Of a stretch of 64,000 nucleotides of DNA, positions 25,332-38,850 are shown one piece after another. The stretch's first letter is position 1, and each line of letters begins with the position of its first letter. Position numbers and translations under genes: made by a program. The DNA is from Octopus sinensis (Eukaryota): the NCBI RefSeq assembly GCF_006345805.1, contig NC_042999.1:162564001-162628000 (forward strand), read 5' to 3'. The notes below the pieces were generated by a model. That model was given only the letters and a program-made list of their open reading frames with translations. It was not told where the DNA came from and did not search any database.

Positions 25332-26979
25332 TACTTTATTGTACTTTATATAAACTTTATATGTACTTTATATCAACATGTATTTTATTGAAAAGAATTG
25401 AGTAATTCTTCAGTTTAACAGTAAATTGTTTTTATATATAAATTGACATGAAACAAACATCAGTATATATACATATATATATATAAACTGAAGAATTTCT
25501 CAATTCTTTTCAATAAAGTACATGTTTATAAAACTTTGACAAAAGGCTATCAATAACTTCAAAGTTTTAGCTGACTAGACTTTGTCAGATAGTTATAGTG
25601 ACTTTGAAGTCACTGTTTTCCATACAATTTGAACAATTTGAAAGCATCTTATGAGTTGGAGGACCATGTTGTGCTCCAATTTCTCAGCAGTGGCATGGTT
25701 TCTATGGCAACCACTTTACAAAGTGCTCTGGGTACTTTTTTTTATGGCAGCATCATCTATGGCAACATCACCTGACAGAGACATTACAAGTGAATGGAAA
25801 ATAAGAGAGAAGAAAAAAAGAACAGATTTATTCTTTGAGAGAAGAAAGCAACATAGTAGACACTGTTGGGAGAGGGTTAGTGAGAGGAAGAGAGGGACAA
25901 AGCAAACAAAAGGGAGAGAAGGACAGCGCAAAGATGATGGGTGAGTTCTATAGAAGGGATCCAGTGCTATTGTTATAAGGACGAATATTGATGAAAGATG
26001 TTGTGGAAAGGAAACATGAAATGGGAAAGGTGAGAATCTGGAGAGGTCCATGAAGAGAGGTAGGGATTATGGATAAGTAAAGAGAGTAAAAGAGAGAGGG
26101 AGGAAGAGAGAGTGTTGAAAAGTAAAAGATGAATGCAGAGAAATAATGGAGAGGAAGAAAGGCAGTGGGCAGCTGAAGGTAAGTGCAGCAAGAGCATCCC
26201 AACTATTAACATTCCTCTTGTTAGTACACTCTCTACCATGCTTGCCTGAGTCAGCAGGTTTTCTACAGAACAGCATGTACAAGAGTTGTACTTGAATTGG
26301 AGTCAAAAAATTTGTGATATTGCACCAATGTATGAAATTATTGTCTACTGTGTCAGCACTGAAGTCCATCACTATCAGAGAAACTTCAGCAATACGAAAG
26401 AATTCATGTTTCAGCCATTTAAGTATCTTATATCTTCATCTGGTTGGCTAGTATTGCATCAGGACACCCTACTCAGTATCTCCGTCAATGTTTTTCTCCC
26501 TTTCTTTTATTCAGGCTGAAGGTTTCCAGTGCTAAGATTTAACGCCTGAATTGGACACCCACCACCTGGTCACCATCACTATTATTTCTTCCAATGCAAG
26601 AAAACTTATCTATACAGTCTATTTCAATACATAGAATCTTTCAATATGCAGCCTGCAATTTCAGTAAATATCTTTGTGTCTTTTTTTTTTTGTGTGTGTG
26701 GTGGGTAATTGTTGCTGCTATTCCCTATATCAGCCTTGAACAAGCAGACCTATTATCATAGACAGTCTATGTCTTCATTCCAGACACAGCATATCTAAAA
26801 ACACATTATCCAAAATACCATTCATTTTTAAGATGTTAGCTTGGGTCTCCTTGCTAGTTTGTTTGTGCATGAGTATTGTTTTCCATATTTTCTTTTCACT
26901 TGTTGAGTCTGGAAGAAGGGTCATTGCCCAGGACTTTTGCAAGATGAGCTTCATGTAGTTTTAATGTTCCACTTAAATG

Positions 26980-27480
26980 TTGCAGGTCAATACTTGCAGT
27001 AAAGACACGATCAGAGAGAAAATTCTAGAGGGCTGATGTTCTGAAGAGAAAGGACTGGAAATAATGGTTTATGTGGGGCTAAGAGGTAGACTACCAGAGA
27101 GACAAGAGGTTGAAAGAGATGTGGGATGGGGGTACTTGGGCAGTGGAGATACAAGCTGAGCTAGCTCCAAGGAATAGAGTTTATAGAGGCAGTCACAGAA
27201 AATACTAAGAGAGAATACAAAACACATTATGAGTCAGAGGCTGGAGTATATTCATTAGTAATTGAACACTGATTAATTGATTGGCTCTTCTCTGGATGCA
27301 GTTCTGAATGTTTGTATGCATAATAACAGCATTGACCCAGATGTGGGAGAAGTTTTCCATTATGAACCTCACTTGAACCATGTAGAGTTTCAGCGGCTTT
27401 TGCAGGGGGCTGAAGTATTTTCAAACCATGCAGAGAAGAGCAGGCTTCAGGATGCCGTTCTAGGTATGTTGAGGATATTC
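26980..27480 (-). pseudogene. Decayed CR1/Jockey-type LINE C-terminal fragment
   Basis: Minus frames read KYFSPLQKPLKLYMVQVRFIMENFSHIW...IQRRANQLI, LQPLTH and QSFLFRTSAL*N, resembling LY.AQVRP.MEY.SHIW...IQRRA...FFPRT..LWN. Confidence 0.6.
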
Positions 27481-28538
27481 TTTTACCAAGGGAAATTTTT
27501 GGTGATAGCAAGGCCCAAAATTTGAAGTGATCACGAGAACTCTAGCTTGGTGTTGTTCAAGTTTAGTGGGGTGTGGTATGATTGTGATTTCTTGATATGA
27601 GTAGTGCTTAGTATTTTTACTGTAGAAGCCATACTAGTAATCACTAAGGGGACTGAGAAAGAGAGAGATTCAAGGTGTTGGAGGACATCATTGTTAATAG
27701 GTATCTGTGGGTGTGTATGTGTGTATATGTAGATGTCTGAGTGTATGAGTGTGTGTATGCAAACATGTTTGTGTATTGGTGTCATGATGTGTGTGTGTGT
27801 ACATGTTTATGTGTGGATGTGTGTGTTGGAAACAGAGATGGAAAACAGAGAGACAGACAGACAGAATTAGTTCATGAAATATTCAAAAGCCCCCAAAGAA
27901 AAATATAACCAAAAACAATGCAACAATAAACTAATCAGTAAATAAGAAAAAAGTTATAACAACAAAATAAACAAAAGTAATAGAGAAGTCAGAGAGAATT
28001 AAGTAAATGATCTGATGGCATTTTCCTTCTCTTATAAAGGACAAGTAATTTACTTTATATACCACCATTACACTACAGATAGAAGTTGCTATATGTGTGC
28101 ATGTATACTTGTATGTATACATAATTATCTACCTATTTATCTACACCCCCCCACACACATTTATGCATACATTATACACAGATGTATATGCATATACAGA
28201 CATTATATATATATATATATATACTTGTTCCACGTCCTCGCGTTGTTGTGTTTTCTCTTTGTGTTTTCATGTTTGGATTAACTATATATATTTATATATA
28301 TATATACATACACACACACACACACACACACAACACACACACATATATAGATAGATAGATAGATAGATAGATTGATAGATAGATAGATAGATAGACAGAC
28401 AAACAAATATATATAGAGAGAGAGAGAGTGAGAGACAAATACCCACACATACATATATCTATACTTAGATATATGTACACATGTATCAGGAGTTATTTGA
28501 AACAAATTCTAGAAACATTAAATTTACATGCAGTTAAC

Positions 28539-28573
<35 letters not shown>

Positions 28574-29117
28574 ATTTACACACAGAAACATACCGAGAAT
28601 AAACTCTGTAAATGCTAAACAAAATGTCAAACTACAATACCCTTTCCAAAGATCAATACTCTAGTGGAAACAAATACACTTACACACATACAACACACAC
28701 TTGTGTACATGAACACGCGCACACACATACAATTTTGCATGTAAATACATATATGTTACATGCATGCATTTATACATATTGCAACAGAAAATGCTGTCCT
28801 TTTCTAAGCAACATGACTTTATTCATTGCAATAAATTATTTAAAAACCATTCCTCGTTAGTTTTATATTACAATTAAAACAGCACCACCAGCAGTAATAA
28901 GTTTCTTACATCAGCTGATAGACAGAAATGTGTTGCAGGGGATGGATGTACATGATTCAGTCAATTCTGATACATGCCTGGGACTATTTTATCAACTCTA
29001 GAATAAAGGAATGCAATGATGACATCTAGGATTAAGGAAGTAGAAAGAAGGACAATCAAATATTATTCAAGCAGACTACCATTTCTACCACTCCACTGTT
29101 CTCAGCACTATAATTAT

Positions 29118-29347
29118 ATTTCTTTACTACGCACAAGGGGCTAAACACAGAGGAGACAAACAAGGACAGACAAACAGATTAAGTCGATTACATCGATCCC
29201 AGTGCGTAACTGGTACTTAATTTATCAACCCCGGAAGGATGAAAGGCAAAGTCGACCTCGGCGGAATTTGAACTCGGAACGTAACAGCAGACGAAATACG
29301 GCAATGCATTTCGCCCGGCGTGCTAACGTTTCTGCCAGCTCGCCGCC
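29118..29347 (-). mobile_element. SINE family 2 copy (a diverged second copy follows to ~29560)
   Basis: Reverse complement of 20803-21016 in head and core; the tail differs. Confidence 0.85.
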
Positions 29348-29400
29348 TATAATAATTATTGTTTCTAATATAGGTACAAGACCAGAAATTTGGTGTGTAT

Positions 29401-29448
<48 letters not shown>

Positions 29449-29739
29449 TGAGGTGAGTTAATCTATTAAATTTACCCCAGTATTTCACTAGCATTTTATC
29501 AATCCCAAAAGAACTAAAGGCAAAGTTAACCTCAGCAAGATATGAATTCAGAATGTAAAAGAACCAGAGCAAATATCATAGATGCACTTTTTCATTTTTA
29601 AATGTATCCAAAAACTGCTCTGTGTCTAATGTGGCTGTATTAATGGGTAGGAGATTGAACAAAATAGACTAAGGAGCAAGATGAGCATAAGTCTAATGGA
29701 CACAAAATTGATACTAATAACAAAATATTGTATAAGTAT

Positions 29740-31300
29740 GCCGTGTTAATTATGAAGAGAGGTTGAAACACAAGCTCTGATGGTATAAAATTACCATATG
29801 ATAATATCATTAGATTGCCGTGGAATAATAAAGCATATGAATTCCTAGAAATGCTGCAAGGCAATAGGAAAATGAAAGAAGAAATGAAAGGGAAAATCTC
29901 CAAAGAGTAAAAGAGAAGAATTAGGAAGGTGCTCAAAGCAAAATTAAACAGAGGGAGTATCATTAAAGCAATAAATGCATGGACTATGCCAGCATTAAGA
30001 TATTCCTCTCTCTTTCTAAAAACAGACAAAGATCAAGCTACAGAACTTAAATAGAAGAATTAGGAATCTGTTCACAATACACAATGCACATCACCCTATA
30101 AGTAATACCTATTTCTTTACTACCCACAAGGGGCTAAACACAGAGAAGACAAACAAGGACAGACAATCGGATTAAGTAGATTATATCAATGCCCAGTGCG
30201 TAACTGGTACTTATTTAATCGACCCCGAAAGGATGAAAGGCAAAGTCGACCTCGGCAGAATTTGAACTCAGAACGTAGCGGCAGACGAAATACTGCTAAG
30301 CATTTCGCCCAGCGTGCTAATGATTCTGCCAGCTCGCCGCCCTATAAGTAATACCATCAGATTCAACCTACCAACAAAGAAAGGAGGTAGAGGATTACTA
30401 AACACAGAAGATACTATTAATGCTGTGATATTGGTGTTGTAAAATTATGTCAAACAGTGTGAAGGAAAAATACTATTGACAGCTATAGATCTCCAAAAAG
30501 TAATTGAAACAGGAGAATTCAAGAACAGAGGGAAGAACAACAGAACAAGCAAATGGAAAGAAATGGAATTATATGATGAATACATGCAACAAAGCGAAAA
30601 TGCCGGAAGTAGTGAATGCTGATTATGGCTGATGGATAGAAACCTGAAACAAGAGAACAAATTACCAATTATAGCCATTACAGGAACAAGCCATTAAGAT
30701 CAACAAAACTCAGAGTGCATTTATAAAATCTGCTGGTAAGGAGATGAAAGTATTAATCATATCTTGAGTGAATACAGGAAGCTAGCACAAAAAGAGTATA
30801 AATACAAGTATGACTGTATAGGTAAAGGAATGCATTGGGGGGTTAGTCAAATGTGTGGTTCCAAAATAACAAGAACCAGAGGGTGTGATGGAGAATAAGA
30901 ATTACAAGATTAAAGGTTGACCATACTATTGAAGCAAGAAGACTAAATATGATTATAGAAGATAAAATAAACAATGTAAGATCAAAGACTCTGCAATACC
31001 ATATGATAAGAGAGTGTATACCAAAGAAATTGAAAAGATTGAGAAATATCAAGACTTAGCCAGAGGGTTGAAGAGATTGTGGAAGTCTAAGACAACAGTT
31101 TTTTCTGTGTAATCGGTGCACTTGGCACAACGCCCAAACTGGAACCTAAGAGACTCAAAGGTATTTGAATAGAGACTTGCATTGTTGACCTGTAGAAAGT
31201 GACATCATGTATTCTGCAAGAATCCTAAGAAAGATTCTTGAAATTTGAAGACACTTTTGCCAGCAAACCTCAACATAACATTCTTGCTAATTAAATTAGC
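29740..31300 (+). mobile_element. Highly decayed R4/Dong-like LINE 3' part, ending at (AAT)n
   Basis: RRIRKVLKAKLN.GSIIKAINAW; later DHTIEARRLNMII and VIGALG-like remnants. Resembles 18505-20690. Confidence 0.65.
30110..30341 (-). mobile_element. SINE family 2 copy with ~14-16-bp TSD
   Basis: CCCTATAAGTAATACC at 30094-30109 and 30340-30355. Confidence 0.9.
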
Positions 31301-31314
31301 ATGTAATAGCTTCG

Positions 31315-31350
<36 letters not shown>

Positions 31351-34005
31351 GAGCGTCTGCAACAACAAATTAAAATATTTAGATCTGACATTGAATATTT
31401 GAAAAACCTTAAGGCTCACAAGACTACCAAACCTACAAAAACCCAAAAATTACTGAAAAAATATAATATGAAAACTATACTTGATATTGATGCCACCATA
31501 GAAACCATCAAACAAAAGGTATCTACCAAAGCTGCCTGCATAGCGAGGTATGAAAAGCGTGTTAGATTTTTCAAGGACAACAACATGTTCAAAAATAACA
31601 CCAAGAATTTTTACAGGAAGATAGGAAAAACAGTGTTTACTGCAAGGTCTGTACCATCAAAAGAAGAAGTGCAGGGATTTTGGAATAAAATCTGGGCAGA
31701 AGAAAAAACACACAACGAAAAGGCCCTCTGGATTGACAGAATATCTACAGAACTGGACCCCTTAGAAGAGCAAAAGTGGGAGGGTGTCAAGGTAGAAGAT
31801 ATCAGATCTGCTCTCAAGAGGTCAAGCAAATGGAAGTCTCCAGGAAAGGATAAAATTCCTAACTTCTGGCTGAATGCCTTCCCAGAGAGCCACGAACTGC
31901 TAACAGAACTGTACAATGATGTTTTGCAACACCCTAGTAGGATGCCTCCTTGGCTAGTTAATGGGTTAACATTCCTGCTTCCAAAAAGTGAAGAAACAAA
32001 TGAACCAAAAAACTATAGACCCATAACCTGCTTAACAACTATGTACAAAACACTAACATCTGTCCTGACGGAATATACCTATAGTTTTTTAATAGACAGC
32101 AGCATATTCCCTAATGAACAGAAAGGATGTAAACGTGGATTCTATGGCTGTAAAGACCAACTACTCATCAATAAGATGATCTTAGAAGATTGTCACAAAC
32201 GACACAAAAACTTATCAATAGCATGGATAGACTATAAAAAGGCTTTTGATAGCCTACCACATAGCTGGATTAGGAAATGCCTGGAAGTGTATAAGATAGC
32301 ACCTACTCTGTGAAACTTCTTGACTGTAAGTATGAGATCATGGAGAACCACACTAACTCTGAACAGTGACAATGAATCCCTAAATGCTGGTGATGTAAAA
32401 ATTTCGTGTGGCATTTTCCAGGGTGACTCACTGTCACCACTCCTCTTTTGTTTATCCTTAATACCTCTCTCAAAGCTGCTCAATGACGCACAGTACGGGT
32501 ATAAAATGTTTGATAAAAATATAAATCATCTCATTTACATGGATGATTTAAAGCTTTTTGCAAAAAATGACCAACAACTCAAGGGCTTACTAGCGATAGT
32601 CAAACAATTCAGTGACGACATCAGAATGCAATTCGGCCTCGATAAATGTGCAAAGGCTACTTTTATCAAAGGAAAAATGACAGAAACATCTAACGTTAAC
32701 CTTGACCAGCAGAATGTCATAAAAGAACTAGACCCAGCGGAGAGCTACAAGTACCTAGGGGTAATTGAAGGGGACGGAATAAGGGATTCAGTGATGAAGG
32801 AAAGGACCAGGAGGACTGGATGTTAAAACTTGTCTCAAAGACTCATGAAAACAAGAAAGCATCATACTCAGTCACAAAAGAGGCAAAGGAATATCTAAGT
32901 GAATTCCGAATACAACCAATTTCGGAACTAGAGATAGACATACAAGAAACAAGCACAGAAAAAGCTAGGTGCATGAAAACCCGTGCCAAAACTGCGGCCT
33001 TAGATATTCTGAATAATAAATGGCAAGAAAAGCCTCTCTATGGCAAATACCCAAAGAGAGCGAATAATGCAGATATCGACAAAGCCCTGACCCATCAATG
33101 GCTAATGGCCTCTGGCTTAAAATCTGAAACAGAGGGGTTTATCATAGCAGCTCAAGATCAATGCCAACCAACAAGAAACTACCAGGCCAACATATTAAAG
33201 AACGGCAGTAGCCCAACATGTCGTGTATGCCGACAACAAAATGAAACCATTGACCATGTTGTCTCCAAATGCAGTCTTCTAGCACCTACAGAGTACCTCA
33301 ACAGGCATGATAGAGCTGCACAATATATTCACTGGGTATTTTGCAAAAACCTGGATTTGCCCCATGAAAAAAACTGGTGGGAACACAATCCACCTCCTGT
33401 ACTTGAAAATGACCACATCTCACTCCTCTGGAACTTCACCATTCAAACTGACAGGAAGATAGATGCAAATAGGCCAGACATCATATTGAAAGACTTCAGA
33501 CAAAGAACATGCCTCCTCATTGATATGACTGTTCCAATCGATATAAACGTATCTGTCAAGACCTATCAAAAACTGAGCAAATATAAAGATCTTGAAATAG
33601 AAATCAGCAAAATGTGGAAGCTGAAGACTAAAACAATACCTGTTGTCATAGGTGCCCTGGGAATGATAGCGAAAGGGACTGATTGCTACCTAACTCAGAT
33701 ACCAGGAAACCCCAAAATGGCAGAAATTCAAAAGATAGTGCTCATGGGAACTGCTCATATCCTACGCAAAATACTCTCTATGTAATCCCAAGGTTTAAAA
33801 CAAACTTTTTTTTTTATTTTTTATTTTTTATTTTTTTTTTATTTTTTTTTATGTATTAGACATTCACTAGTACAACACCAAAAACACCCCCCCCCCCAAA
33901 TATACGGCACAGAACTTCCAACCTGTTGTCTCTTGAGGTCTCTGGGTGAGACTTGGAGCCAACTTGTACAGACATAAAGCAAAAGTCAAACATAGAATAA
34001 TAATA
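31351..34005 (+). mobile_element. R4/Dong-like LINE, 5'-truncated, with internal deletion (ORFs 31399-32313, 32320-32826, 32820-33785)
   Basis: WKSPGKDKI, NYRPITCL, WIDYKKAFDS, GIFQGDSLSPLLF, YMDDLKL, YKYLG; CRVCRQQNETIDHVVSKC, RHD, RPDII...LIDMTVP. Bounded by (AAT)n on both sides. Confidence 0.92.
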
Positions 34006-34007
34006 AT

Positions 34008-34212
34008 CTTTTCTACTATAAGCACAAGGCTGGAAATTTTGGGAGAAGGACTAGTCAAAATCCCAGTGTTTCACTGGTACCTAATTTATCAACCCCAAAA
34101 GGATGAAAGGCAAAGCCGATCTTGACAGAATTTGAACTCAGAATGTAGTGGCAGGCAAAATACCATGAAGTATTTTTCCCAGCATGCTGACACCTCTCTC
34201 GGTTCACCGCCT
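34008..34212 (-). mobile_element. SINE family 2 copy (another diverged copy at ~34410-34605)
   Basis: ataagcacaaggc...ggatgaaaggcaaag...gaatttgaactcagaa...accgcc. Confidence 0.8.
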
Positions 34213-34629
34213 TAATAATAATAATAATAATAATAATAGTATATAAAGGATTGAGGTAACCCCTCCTGAAGATATAGAGTCAAAATTAAAAGAAGAGTGC
34301 CATTGTTATCTAGTGAACGATATTTTGACATCTTGTTCAAATGGTTCAAAAACTAAATTTGTCAATCTACTTCATTTTGGTTAATATATAAAGCATTGTT
34401 TCAAATTGTTGGCACAAGGCTGGCAATTTTGAGGGGAAGGATGAAGTCACTTGAATCAGTCTCAGTACTCAACTGGTGCATAATATATCAACTCTGAAAT
34501 GATGAAAGGTTAGGGTTAGAATTAGGTGAAATTTGAACTCAGAACATAAAAACCCACAAGAAATGCTACTAAGCACTTTGTCTGACATGCTAACAATTCT
34601 GTCATTAATAATAATAACAATAATAATAA

Positions 34630-35095
34630 TATGAGAAAGCAACCATACTCTGGGATATGTCAATACATAAAGATAGAGAAATCAAAGCCAATAGACCAAA
34701 TATAGTGGTCAGAGATCACCAAGAAAAAAATGCCTTCTAACTGATGTATCAATACCAACAGGTGACAATGTGTCTCTAAAAGAAACAGAGAAACTCTCAA
34801 AGTACAAAGATCCAAAAATAGAGTTAACCCAAATGTGGTGTCTAAAAACAGAAACAATCCTTATAATAATAGGCGCATTAGGTATAATTAAAAAACATTC
34901 AAACCAAAACATCAGGACTTAGAAATGTATATAACATACAGAAAATAGCACCACTAGGCACTGCACACATCCTGCGTAAAGCACTTTCAATACAGTGAAA
35001 ATAAGAGCACCACAATAAACTACAGCATGTGCTCAAGGTACACAGAGCTGCACTTGGAAGTGCAGTGAAAGCATGTGATAAAAATAAAACTACTA
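34630..35095 (+). mobile_element. 3' fragment of the 16726-17722 R4-like family, between (AAT)n runs
   Basis: gagaaagcaaccatactctgggatatg and the 3' UTR ...aaaataaaactact align with 17255-17722. Confidence 0.9.
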
Positions 35096-35149
35096 AATAA
35101 TAATAATAATGACTTCTTTAGCATTAGTAGGGCTTCTCCCCAGTACAAA

Positions 35150-35680
35150 GCCCATATTTCATCTAATCTGATTCTGCTCCTAATTGACTGGGCTATAACT
35201 TTTCCATAACTTTTATGAACTTGTCCAGTGACTTGATGCCTCTGATATTACTTCTATCTAAGGCATCTCCCTTGCCCTTGTAGCAGCTGACTATAATGCT
35301 GTCACCCATGTAGTTAATAACCTGCTTAACTATATGGGTGACCGAACTGTATCCTACTCTGCCAGATATTTTAAGTATTTCAGTGGTAACTTCTGAGAGA
35401 CCAATGGTTTTCCCTTTCTTCATATCCTTAATTGCCTTACTGTCAACTTGAATAGCTGGCCTCTCTGTTGGGTTCACATAGGGAAGACTCTCTTTCTCCC
35501 ATTCATTCTCCACATTTAATAGATTTTCACAGTAACGCTTCCACATCTCTTTCTTTCCAGAGTCACTAAGTGCAAGCATACCATTATCCATCTGTGCACA
35601 CTTCTCAGCCACAACATCTAATTCTCTTTGATACACTGTCAAGCAATCCGGAACACCTCAAGTCTTTCATCTTCAAACTG
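35150..35680 (-). pseudogene. Decayed RTE LINE fragment
   Basis: ENEWEKESLP.V.PTE.PAI.VDS...EILKISG.VGY, homologous to 52490-52990. Confidence 0.85.
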
Positions 35681-35691
35681 TAAGACATTGG

Positions 35692-37775
35692 TGTGGGAAG
35701 ATGTCAGCGGCTGGAGAGCTGACTGGAAGAGAAAGGGCGCACAGGTGACATGCGTACAGGCGGGGGAAGATTGCGCCCTTATTTGATTGGGGAAGCCGTG
35801 AGTGCAGGACATGTCTGCTTTGTTGAGGTGAGGGAAAGCAGCTGCTATTTTTAGTGTTTTGGGATGGGCCACATGGAAGAATTTGCGTCAACAAAGAGAA
35901 GGTAGGTGTCTTACATGTAATCTCCCGCATTCACTACAAGCTATTTCAGGGCTCCACATAAGACGTCACCACAATGACAGCTAAAATTAGGATCACCAGT
36001 GACGTTATCAGGCCCTTTAATGGTGAGGGCGATGTAGTGGCCTAGATGCATAAAATCAGGCTTGTGGCGAGATTCCAAGGCATTAGCGACAAGGCAAGCC
36101 TTATGGCACTATATTTGAAAAGGAGCACATTGACTAGAGTACATCTCTAGATGGACGAAGAAGGACTGAGTGAGGAGAAGATTGAGCAACGTCTGAGAGA
36201 GGCTTACACTGAGTGTGAGTATACAGCCTTTGTTAAGCTGGGAATGATTAGATGGACGGGAGAGCAGGAAGATGAATACAGGTCAGAAGTGCATAGGCTG
36301 GCCACAGTGGCTGGATTTACAGGAGAAGGCCTGGACAGAGCAGCACAACTGGCATTCGTGAGTGGGTTCCCTGACGATGTAAGGATTCAATTGCAGCAAT
36401 TGCCTGGGGTCAAAAAGATAGCACTGAGCGAACTTGTAGCTCAAGCTTGTGTGTTGACGTGAAACACTGGATGGAAGGAGATAGCGATGGTGGTAACGGA
36501 AGCACATAATGATGGACGATGGCCAGAGAAAGATGTGAAGAAGCCTACCGTGCAATGACAGTGGCTGTTCTGAGGCCGGTGTTTTAAATGTCAGGGCCGC
36601 ACATGGCAAGGTAGTGTACACAACCAGGGCCCATCTGCTATCAATGCAGGCAGTCAGGGCACATCGCCCGTGATTGTGACCAGAGAAATGATTATGGGGA
36701 AGTTGCTGCTTCTTGAACTTTCCCCCACAAACGAGTAGAGGTGCTTGTGGAGACACTGCTCGTAATTGATGTCAAAGCCGAGGGTAAGATGTTCAAGGCC
36801 CTTGTGGATACGGGTTGCACAACCACCCTCATGGTGCGACACTAAGGCTGCAGGTAATCATGATCAAACATGTGATAGATGGGGTTGATGTGGTGGTGTC
36901 AGGATTGCAGGAGATGAGGTCATGTTTGGAAGTGTGGGGGCGTTGTGCACTCTGAGTCAGGATCACCAGAAAGAGCAGAGTTCCATGAGGGACTGCACCA
37001 CTTAAACCATTGAGGACAAGGATTTTCAGGTGGCGTTCGATGGTTGGTGGTGAACGATAGAGTGGTGATGGAAAGACAAGCCCCCGATACTGAAGAACAG
37101 GGTGAGCTGCTACCAGCATACCCTGAAAAGTCACACCAGGGTTGAGTTCAAAGATGAGGTAGAGAGATGGATCAAAGAAGAAATCCTTATCCTATGGAAG
37201 GAGGAGGTGGTGCAGCCAATGAAGGGAAAAGTCAGACCGGTGCTGGACTTTAGAGAACTGAACGACCATATATTGTGCCACACAGGAGGTAAGGTGACGG
37301 ACGTTTGCAGTGAGACATTACATGTGTGGAGACAGTCGATCAAAGCAGCAATGATTGTTGACTTGAAGTTGGCATATTTAACAAACTGTGGCGATATTAG
37401 CTGGTGCAGTACAAGGGCCAGACATACTGCTTAACCAGGCTGGGTTTCGGACTGAATTCCACTCCAAAGATCATGGCGATGGTGCTCAAGTTCATCCTAG
37501 GGAAAGAGGACAAGATAAGAAAGGCCACCAGTTCCTACACAAATGACATTTTGGTGGATAAGACTGTAGTGCCAGCCAATGAGGTAGTGAGACATCTGGA
37601 GAAGTTCGGACTGATTGCGAAGCCACAGGAGTTGATGGTGGGGGGAGCTGTGCTGGGACTGAAGCTACGAAGAAATAGATCGGGTGAGTTGGTGTTCCAG
37701 AGAGAAAATGAAATCCCAAAGCTGAGTTCCAGCATCAGCAGGAGAGAGCTGTTCTTGGTGTGTGGGTAGCTGGTT
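35692..37775 (+). mobile_element. 3'-truncated LTR retrotransposon (LTR 35692-35938, gag, CCHC, protease, part of RT); same lineage as 42172-46252
   Basis: TGT...ACA LTR; FNGEGDVVA gag start; CYQCRQSGHIARDC; ALVDTGCTT; VRPVLDFRELN; YCLTRLGFGLNS. Confidence 0.85.
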
Positions 37776-37925
37776 GGTCACATTCTCTTGATTTGTCAGT
37801 TTATTGCAACAAATACTGGATCTCTCACTCTCTGCCATATATTTATATTAGGGAGTAAAAATTCTATATTATTTGGGTATACTATTTGGAGATTAGCATT
37901 TATATCATTTATCTGTCCTTTCCAG

Positions 37926-37995
37926 TTTATACTTGTCAAAATATTCAGTGGACTATCCATGCAACATTATCACAATGCTTCGTATCTGTGTTGAG
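37926..37995 (+). CDS. Candidate 70-nt internal exon of an unidentified host gene (LYLSKYSVDYPCNIITMLRICVE)
   Basis: Acceptor tttatctgtcctttccag| and consensus donor GAG|GTAAGT, with an open frame (phase 2 to phase 0) in non-repeat DNA. The protein was not recognised. Confidence 0.45.
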
Positions 37996-38647
37996 GTAAG
38001 TGGCAGCATTCACTTAGCAAATGTACACACTTCTCTGTTTTGGAAAGATTCAGTCATTTTGTCTTTATGGAATTCAATATAGCTTTTTTGTAAAATTATT
38101 TTTTATGAACCTGTTCTTGCTCTCTAAATTTTTAGTAACAACCCAATTTATCCATGCTTATATGTTCATTCATCTCTCTGAAAAAAATGGCCATAGGTCA
38201 AAACAGCCTGGTAGCCTCTATGGGGTAACTTGACCTTCTAGAAATAGTAGCAGAATTCTTCTCAAATCATGCAAGGAAAGAACATGTAGCGAATAAAAAG
38301 ATTGTGTAGGGATAACAACAAAGAGGAATTACATTAAATTTTTCCCTTTATTTCTTATATACAAACATAGAAAACTCTTCCTCTCTTGGTAAAACAAATC
38401 AATGGTGATAACACTGTACACAATTTGAGAATATATGTAAAATTGGACAGAGTTCAAACATGATAAATGTAACGGATCTTAATTCACAACAACAATCAAA
38501 GCAAATTTACATAAATGTTTTTGTGAGACTCAGTGTAGTTATTCTCGTGTTTTACAGTCAACTGGATAATGCATGTAGAAAGAGATGTTCAAACAGACAT
38601 TTTTGTTTCTTTGTAAAGCCAATTAAATAATATACTGTATAAATATA

Positions 38648-38648
38648 C

Positions 38649-38714
<66 letters not shown>

Positions 38715-38850
38715 GTATGTGTGTGCATGTGTGTGTATGTGTGTGTGTATGTGTGTGCATGTGTGTGTATGTGTGTGTGCGTGTGTGCGTGCGTGCGTGT
38801 GTGTGTGCGTGTGTGTGCATGTGTGTGCATGTGTGTGCATGTGTGTGTGT
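38648..38850. repeat. (GT)n/(GC)n/(GTGCAT) compound microsatellite
   Basis: Read directly from the sequence. Confidence 0.9.

Noticed and set aside
26515-26560. Strong + strand acceptor tttttctccctttcttttattcag
   Set aside because: There are stops in all three frames within 30 nt and no good donor.
27300-27463. Apparent + strand exon ending CTAG|GTATGT
   Set aside because: The minus strand carries recognisable LINE RT C-terminal motifs, which explain the sequence better.
34262-34325. CTGAAGA ... GAAC as a third hammerhead (similar partial hits at ~48312 and ~50985)
   Set aside because: The GAAA core is incomplete and no consistent stem I or III is present.
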